A stretch of 62,943 bases of DNA, counting the filler, from Candidatus Omnitrophota bacterium (GTDB lineage Bacteria; Omnitrophota; Gorgyraeia; Zapsychrales; Zapsychraceae), in assembly GCA_015233495.1 (NCBI GenBank). It is 3 parts of 3 records of this genome, joined end to end, with 100 filler letters (N's around TTAATTAATTAA, not from the genome) between each part and the next. Parts side by side here need not be neighbours in the genome. Positions count along the whole stretch, not along the records: positions 50,147 to 62,943 come from JADFXQ010000002.1; 2 more parts are not named here. One strand, 5' to 3'. Below, piece after piece: positions 57,342-62,943 of this stretch (positions are counted from its first letter, which is position 1; each line of letters begins with the position of its first letter). A program made the position numbers and the translations under genes. The notes below the pieces were generated by a model that was not told where the DNA came from, did not search any database, and was given only the letters and a program-made list of their open reading frames with translations.

Positions 57342-59570
57342 ATGTCCGACCGGGTTTGGGAAAAAATCTCGTTTTATTTTTCGGTCTTTGCCGTCAGCGT
57401 GCTTTTTGGCTACGCCTTGTTTGTTTCCGGCGTCGAGGTGCGCGATTTGGATCTTTGGCTGCATCTGGCAACGGGGAAATATATCACGCAAACCGGGATT
57501 ATTCCGCAAACCGATATTCTCTCCTGTTCTATTGCCGGGAAGCCCTGGGTAAATCATGAGTGGCTTTTCCAGGTAATTCTCTATAACCTTTACCGCATGG
57601 GAGGGACGCAAGGACTCATTATCGGACAAGTGATTCTGACTACCGCGACTTTGGGGATGCTTTTGCTGATCGGATACAGCCGTCTGGGGATTTTATGGAC
57701 GGGATTTCTTTTGACCGTTGTCGAGCTGGTTTATCAACAGCGGTTTACCCATCGGCCGGACTTATTCAGTTTGTTTTTTTTCGCGGCGTATATTTTGATT
57801 TTATCGCGGCATTTGCGGCGGCGCTGGTCCTTATGGGCCATCATATTCCTGCAGATCATTTGGACCAACACCCACGGGTTTTTCTTTTTCGGCCCGCTTT
57901 TGCTTTTGCTTTGGTTTACGGCGGAATTTCTGCGCCGCCGAGTCAAGCTTCCTTGTGAATGGAACCGCTCCGGAGCGCTCGCCGACGCGGAATATAACCG
58001 GGTCGGGCTGATGTTTCTCTTGTCCCTCGGCGCGTGTCTGATCAATCCTTTGTTCATTAACGGCGCGCTGTATCCGGTGCGCGTGTTTTTCTCCCTTTCC
58101 GGAGAGAACCGCATTTTTTTCACTTATATCCAGGAATTGCAAAAACCGATCGCCGCGGCGAACTGGATGGACCTCACCCGGTATGAATATTACAAATTGA
58201 TGATCGTGCTTTCAGTAGTTTTCTTTATTTTAAACCGCCGGCGCTGGGATTTGAATGTCTGTTTTATTTGGATCGTGTTTTTTATTTTTTCTTTAACCGC
58301 GTTGCGCAACATTTCTTTTTTCGCTTTTGCCGCTTATTTCGCAATTTTGACCAATAGCCGGACGATTCCCTGGCGGGACATCATTCCGATTGAATTCCGG
58401 GACAAGAAATTTTTTTATGTCATCATGATTTTTTTATCCTTGAGTCTCGCGGCCTGGATTTTGAATTATTCACAAGACGTGGCCAGCCGCGGCTATTTTG
58501 ACTGGGATGTATTTTCGCGCAAAAGCGAATATGGCGGGATTTCCAAACGGACCTATCCCTACGGCGGCGCGCGTTTTTTGATTCAGCAGCGGATCAAAGG
58601 AAATTTTTTCAATGATTTTAATTCCGGCGCTTACTTGCTCGGCACGTGCTATCCGGATATCAAGGTTTATATAGACGGGAGAACCGAAGTCTACGGCGGA
58701 GATTTTTTCCGCGATTATATCCGCGTCTGGAGCGACGGCAATAAAAAAGTTTTCTTTGACCAAGTCCGCCGCTTTCATTTGACCGGCGCATTTTTGGGTT
58801 CGCCGCGCCTGCTTATTCCCAAATCGGTTTTACGGATGTTGTATCAATCCAAAGATTGGAAATTGGTCTACTTTGACGCTGACGCGGTAATTTTTTTGCG
58901 CGATATTCCCCAAAATCAGGCTGTGATCAAAGCGCATCTGGTGGATTTGTCCCGCTGGAAGACCAACACCGAAGATCTTTGGCGCGTCGGCACGAACCGG
59001 GTCACAGCCACGCCGTATTACCACCGCGCCTATATGCTCGACGCTTTGGGGTACAGCGGCGCGGCTTTAACTGAGCTCAAGGAAGCCCTGCGAATAGACC
59101 CGGATTACGCGGACGCGGATCATCTGATGGGGTCGATTTACGCGAAACGCAATGAATTTTTTGCCGCGTATGTTTGCTTTCGTAACGCGGTACAGTTTGA
59201 CCCTGAGAATCAAGAAGCCTGGCGGTATATGGCCCAAGCCGCGTATGACGCCAATAAAATGGAGGTGGCCGTGTCCGAGTATCAGGATATTTATAAAAAA
59301 TGGCCGGGCCCCCAACCCGCGTTTGCTTTAGCGCAATCTTTTGTTCGTCTGAAAAAATACGACCAAGGGTGGAATTGGCTGAAAACAGCGCATCAGCTTG
59401 ACCCGAAAGCTTTCGTGGATATTCTTAAAATCGGCGACGCGGTTTTTGCCGACGGACAATTCGCGCTTGCAAAAAAAATTTATCGGCTGGGTTTGGAAAC
59501 CGGCAAGAACAATGCCGTAATTGCGGCGCGGTTAAAAAAAGTGCAGGCCAGTCTGGCGGGAAAAAAATAA
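57342..59570 (+). CDS. Paralog of the preceding membrane+TPR protein
   Basis: DLDLWLHLATG, NHEWLFQ, WTNTHGFF, YIDGRTEVYG, TPR-like tail. Confidence 0.7.
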   Translation: MSDRVWEKISFYFSVFAVSVLFGYALFVSGVEVRDLDLWLHLATGKYITQTGIIPQTDILSCSIAGKPWVNHEWLFQVILYNLYRMGGTQGLIIGQVILTTATLGMLLLIGYSRLGILWTGFLLTVVELVYQQRFTHRPDLFSLFFFAAYILILSRHLRRRWSLWAIIFLQIIWTNTHGFFFFGPLLLLLWFTAEFLRRRVKLPCEWNRSGALADAEYNRVGLMFLLSLGACLINPLFINGALYPVRVFFSLSGENRIFFTYIQELQKPIAAANWMDLTRYEYYKLMIVLSVVFFILNRRRWDLNVCFIWIVFFIFSLTALRNISFFAFAAYFAILTNSRTIPWRDIIPIEFRDKKFFYVIMIFLSLSLAAWILNYSQDVASRGYFDWDVFSRKSEYGGISKRTYPYGGARFLIQQRIKGNFFNDFNSGAYLLGTCYPDIKVYIDGRTEVYGGDFFRDYIRVWSDGNKKVFFDQVRRFHLTGAFLGSPRLLIPKSVLRMLYQSKDWKLVYFDADAVIFLRDIPQNQAVIKAHLVDLSRWKTNTEDLWRVGTNRVTATPYYHRAYMLDALGYSGAALTELKEALRIDPDYADADHLMGSIYAKRNEFFAAYVCFRNAVQFDPENQEAWRYMAQAAYDANKMEVAVSEYQDIYKKWPGPQPAFALAQSFVRLKKYDQGWNWLKTAHQLDPKAFVDILKIGDAVFADGQFALAKKIYRLGLETGKNNAVIAARLKKVQASLAGKK

Positions 59571-59608
59571 ATCCCGGCCCCCCTTTTTGTTTTTTGGGCA
59601 ATTTTCTA

Positions 59609-59637
59609 TTGAAAATTTTTTATTTTTCGTCTAAAGT
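59609..59637 (+). promoter_or_regulatory. Candidate sigma70 promoter upstream of the ACP gene
   Basis: TTGAAA, 17-nt spacer, TAAAGT. Confidence 0.35.
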
Positions 59638-59729
59638 ATAGAGTCGCGAATCTATCTTAAGACGGGGAATTTTTGTGTTCAATCTATCCCCGAAATTTAA
59701 ATGACAACTGAGCAGAAAGAGAGGCAATA

Positions 59730-59975
59730 ATGGATGACATAAAAGAAACGCTTCGGGAGATGGTAGCGGAGATTCTGGAGATGAAACCGGAACAAATCAG
59801 CGATACTGCTGAATTTGTTAAAGATTTGGGAATGGATTCAATGATGGCTTTGGAAATTTTAGCCAGCATCGAAAAGAAATATCGAATTACCATTCCGGAA
59901 GAAGTTTTGCCGAAATTTACCTCACTCAATGACACAGTTAAAATTGTATCCAAGAGAATCAATCAGAAACGGTAA
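59730..59975 (+). CDS. Acyl carrier protein
   Basis: Acidic, 81 aa; DLGMDSMMALE phosphopantetheine site. Confidence 0.92.
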   Translation: MDDIKETLREMVAEILEMKPEQISDTAEFVKDLGMDSMMALEILASIEKKYRITIPEEVLPKFTSLNDTVKIVSKRINQKR

Positions 59976-59984
59976 GGTTATTAA

Positions 59985-60596
59985 ATGAAGGTTTTGGCTC
60001 CGGAAATTTTAAAATTGATCAAGAGCCGCACTACGACGCGCGTTTATTCAGAGAAGCGTGTTGCGCAATCTGTTATTGCGAAGATTGTTGACTCCGGGAT
60101 TTGGGGGCCGTCGATATTGGCAGTGGGCTTTCAACCGTGGAAGTTTTTGGTTATTGAGAATAAACGAACAATTCAAGATGTTGCGCGGATTTTGAAAAAA
60201 AAAGCGGATAGCGCTGGGATCGGCGCGAACATCATTTTGCGCGTGAGCGCGAAAGTATTTCAAACTGCGGATTTTCTTATTGTGGTTTATAATGATCGGT
60301 CTTTTCGCAAATTTATGAATCGATTTCGCAAAAGTTATCAGATTATGGCGGATAAAGCGGAATTATCCGCGATATCAGCGGCAATTCAAAATATGCTGTT
60401 GACTGCGGAGAGTTTGGGTGTGGGGGGCTGTTGGCATGATTCGCCGGTTGTTTGTGAGAAAGAAATCAACGCTTTATTACAGAAAAAAGAGCCGATGGTC
60501 GCGATTTTGACATTCGGTTATCCTTTGCATAAGGGTCGCCGTAAGCCCAGAAAAGCTATTGATGAAGCAAGGGAATATTACTATGAAAAAGTATGA
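59985..60596 (+). CDS. Nitroreductase family protein
   Basis: IKSRTTTRVY, QPWKFLVI, AIQNMLLTAESLGVGGCW, FGYP. Confidence 0.88.
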   Translation: MKVLAPEILKLIKSRTTTRVYSEKRVAQSVIAKIVDSGIWGPSILAVGFQPWKFLVIENKRTIQDVARILKKKADSAGIGANIILRVSAKVFQTADFLIVVYNDRSFRKFMNRFRKSYQIMADKAELSAISAAIQNMLLTAESLGVGGCWHDSPVVCEKEINALLQKKEPMVAILTFGYPLHKGRRKPRKAIDEAREYYYEKV

Positions 60597-62016
60597 TTAT
60601 GATGTCGTTATTATAGGCGCGGGTATTGGAGGGTTGATTTGCGCGAATTATTTGATTCAATCCGGTTTGAAAGTAGCTATCGTTGAGCAGCATTTTCAGG
60701 TTGGGGGGTATTGCACTTCTTTTCAACGCAAAGGGTATAATTTTGATATCGGAGTGCATTACCTCAGCGGAATAAAACGGGGTGTTTTGGGGAAGATTTT
60801 GAAGGAATTAAAATTGCACAATGTTTGTTCCTTTGTTCAACATGATCCTACGGATAAGGTAATCTTGCCAGAACATACTTTTTGTTTGAGAGCGAATCCG
60901 CAGGACACTATCGGAGAATTCAAAAAAGCTTTTCCTAAACAAAGTCATCAATTGGATCAATTTTTTTCGTTCATTCTTCAGAATGAATTTTTAAATATCT
61001 ATAGGCAGGTAAAAAAAGCAACGTTTCGTGAGTTATTAGATCGGTATTTTGATGATGAAAGATTAAAAGGATCTCTCAATGTTTTATTAGGGGGAATGGG
61101 TCTATCTGCAAAAGAAGCGTCAGCGATAGCGGCAACAGTTCTTTTCCGGGAATATATTTTGGATATGGGATATGCCCCATTAGAAGGGATGCAAAAGTTT
61201 CCTAATCAATTAGCCGAAAATTTTAAAAGACAAAAAGGGGATTTATTCTTGTCAAGCCGAGTCGTTGAAATTGCCCATGACGCTTCTCAAGCCAAAAGCG
61301 TTACTCTTGAGGATCAAAGGACTATTTCAGCGAAGATATTTGTTTCCAACTCTGATGTGAGAAATTTGTTTGCGAAATTATTAAAAGGGAATCTTCCCGA
61401 ATCAAAAGCAGTAAAGAGTTTGATAAGTTCGCCTTCTTTTTTTGTTGTTTGCCTTGGACAAAAAGAAAATTTGAAGCCGAAAATAAAAATAAATAACACA
61501 ATTTGGTGTTCAACATATTCCGAAATGAATTATTTTCAGATTCCCGAAATCGACTTGATAGAGGCCAAGGTCCCGTTGTTGATTTGTTCGTCTTCGCTGA
61601 ACAAAGGAAAGGAATCATTAAGATTATTGGCATTTGCGCCTTATTCCAATAAAAATTTTTGGAAAACCAACCAAAAAATAATTGCCGATAATTTGGTAAA
61701 ACTTGCGGATCAGAACTCAATTTTGTTAAAAAACAACGTGGAAATATTAGCGATTGCTACACCCCACACATACGAGAAATATACATCGAATTATAAAGGT
61801 GCGGCTTTTGGATGGGCACTTATTCCTACACAAATCAGATCTTCTGTCATGCCAAACATAACCTCGATCAGTAATTTGTATTTAACTGGGCATTGGACAA
61901 CAGGTGGTTTGGGCCAAATGGGGGCTTCGGGAGCTTCAATTTCCGGTAGAAAAGTTGCGGAGATGATTATTCGCAAAACGCGGAAAAAATGGAATCACGG
62001 GATAATCAGGACTTAA
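60583..62016 (+). CDS. Phytoene desaturase (CrtI)-like FAD oxidoreductase
   Basis: VIIGAGIGGL, GGYCTSFQRKGYNFDIG, ATPHTY...GAAFGW, NLYLTGHW. Confidence 0.85.
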   Translation: MKKYDYDVVIIGAGIGGLICANYLIQSGLKVAIVEQHFQVGGYCTSFQRKGYNFDIGVHYLSGIKRGVLGKILKELKLHNVCSFVQHDPTDKVILPEHTFCLRANPQDTIGEFKKAFPKQSHQLDQFFSFILQNEFLNIYRQVKKATFRELLDRYFDDERLKGSLNVLLGGMGLSAKEASAIAATVLFREYILDMGYAPLEGMQKFPNQLAENFKRQKGDLFLSSRVVEIAHDASQAKSVTLEDQRTISAKIFVSNSDVRNLFAKLLKGNLPESKAVKSLISSPSFFVVCLGQKENLKPKIKINNTIWCSTYSEMNYFQIPEIDLIEAKVPLLICSSSLNKGKESLRLLAFAPYSNKNFWKTNQKIIADNLVKLADQNSILLKNNVEILAIATPHTYEKYTSNYKGAAFGWALIPTQIRSSVMPNITSISNLYLTGHWTTGGLGQMGASGASISGRKVAEMIIRKTRKKWNHGIIRT

Positions 62017-62024
62017 AATTGATT

Positions 62025-62943
62025 ATGAATCTTTTTTTTATTACAAGTATTTTTACGGCAATCACCAACATAGGCATTGGGATTTTTCTCTTTCCGCGAT
62101 GGAAAAGAAATATCGCGGCGAGAACATTGTCTTTTGTCGCGCTATCAAGCGGATGGTGGGGGGTTTCAGGAATATTTTTTTGTATTACTCCAAAAGAAAT
62201 GTATCAGACGGCTTTCTTTTGGTGGAAAATGTGTTATGTAGTTATGACTTTGGGTTTTGCTTTCTACGCGCATTTTATCTTCAGTTTTTTACAAATAAAA
62301 AGGAAAATGGTTTTAATTTTCATTTATGTTATAGCTTCAATCGCTTATTTTTTTGTTTGGTTTGATAATTCGAAATATTTTTTAGGTGACATTGTATATG
62401 TCTTTAATCAATTTTATTGGCACGATTGGACCGTGAATAAGAACCCATTTTTTCTTTGCTATTATATTTGCTTCTTCGGCCTTATCCTTCCTTATATTTT
62501 TATAGAATTGATCAAGGCATTCACCAAATCAAGAGGGGTTTTACGCAATCAAATCAAATACATTATTGTCGGTTCTTTGGCCGGATGGATCGGATGTGCC
62601 ACCCAATATACCACGGATTTTGGTCTGCATCTTTATCCGCACACCAATATATTTGTCGCTATTTACCCTTTTATTTTCGCCTATGCCATCGTAAAATATC
62701 GCCTGATGGACATCCGCTTGGCTATGTCCAACGCGGTGATTTTTGTTTTTGTTTATTCTTTAGTTCTGGGTTTTCCTCTTTATTTGTATTTTATCGGTTT
62801 TAGATTCGCGGCCTTAATGACCATGTTAATTTTGGCTTCCGCCGGGCCGTTTATTTATAACTTTATTCAGCGTCGAGCAGAAGAAAAAATACTCGAGGAG
62901 GAGCGGTATTATCAGAAGACGGTGCGGGCTTTGGCGCGGGGGT
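62025..62943 (+). CDS. HisKA_7TM-type membrane sensor, N-terminal part; runs off the window edge
   Basis: Not in the ORF track. Open frame MNLFFITS...RNQIKYIIVG...FAYAIVKYRLMDI... Confidence 0.8.
   Translation, partial: MNLFFITSIFTAITNIGIGIFLFPRWKRNIAARTLSFVALSSGWWGVSGIFFCITPKEMYQTAFFWWKMCYVVMTLGFAFYAHFIFSFLQIKRKMVLIFIYVIASIAYFFVWFDNSKYFLGDIVYVFNQFYWHDWTVNKNPFFLCYYICFFGLILPYIFIELIKAFTKSRGVLRNQIKYIIVGSLAGWIGCATQYTTDFGLHLYPHTNIFVAIYPFIFAYAIVKYRLMDIRLAMSNAVIFVFVYSLVLGFPLYLYFIGFRFAALMTMLILASAGPFIYNFIQRRAEEKILEEERYYQKTVRALARG

Overview
This window is three contig pieces joined by artificial N44-TTAATTAATTAA-N44 linkers (25391-25490 and 50047-50146), so adjacency across the linkers is not evidence. 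The organism is probably a Candidatus Omnitrophota (OP3) bacterium, inferred from recall of the LWVNLSP/GRDLLA N-terminal domain at 3-449. Piece 1 (1-25390) is mostly ordinary: small secreted proteins, a CusRS-like two-component system, two radical-SAM genes, an RND pump, an MNT-HEPN toxin-antitoxin pair, an APC permease, AzoR, glycosyl/methyltransferases, PilC and a stand-alone MshEN protein. Piece 2 (25491-50046) is the most interesting. It holds a ~21 kb co-oriented island: an AbiE toxin-antitoxin pair, a type II secretion cluster (gspE F H I J K L M, exeA, gspC D; no gspG or gspO), a 7xFN3/beta-helix/FlgD-Ig secreted protein, a translationally coupled signal-peptide-bearing Rhs protein with a Tse5-like toxin tip, a Tsi5-like two-helix immunity gene and an orphan Rhs fragment. 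The island lies among three same-orientation ends of an ExeA-ATPase-encoding transposon, next to a second Rhs toxin-immunity pair. The working hypothesis is a transposon-borne, T2SS-delivered Rhs polymorphic toxin system. Piece 3 (50147-62943) has an oligopeptide-type ABC operon, two paralogous membrane+TPR proteins and an AT-rich ACP/nitroreductase/desaturase-like/7TM-sensor block. No tRNA, rRNA or CRISPR array was seen. All family assignments are by eye and from memory; no search was run.
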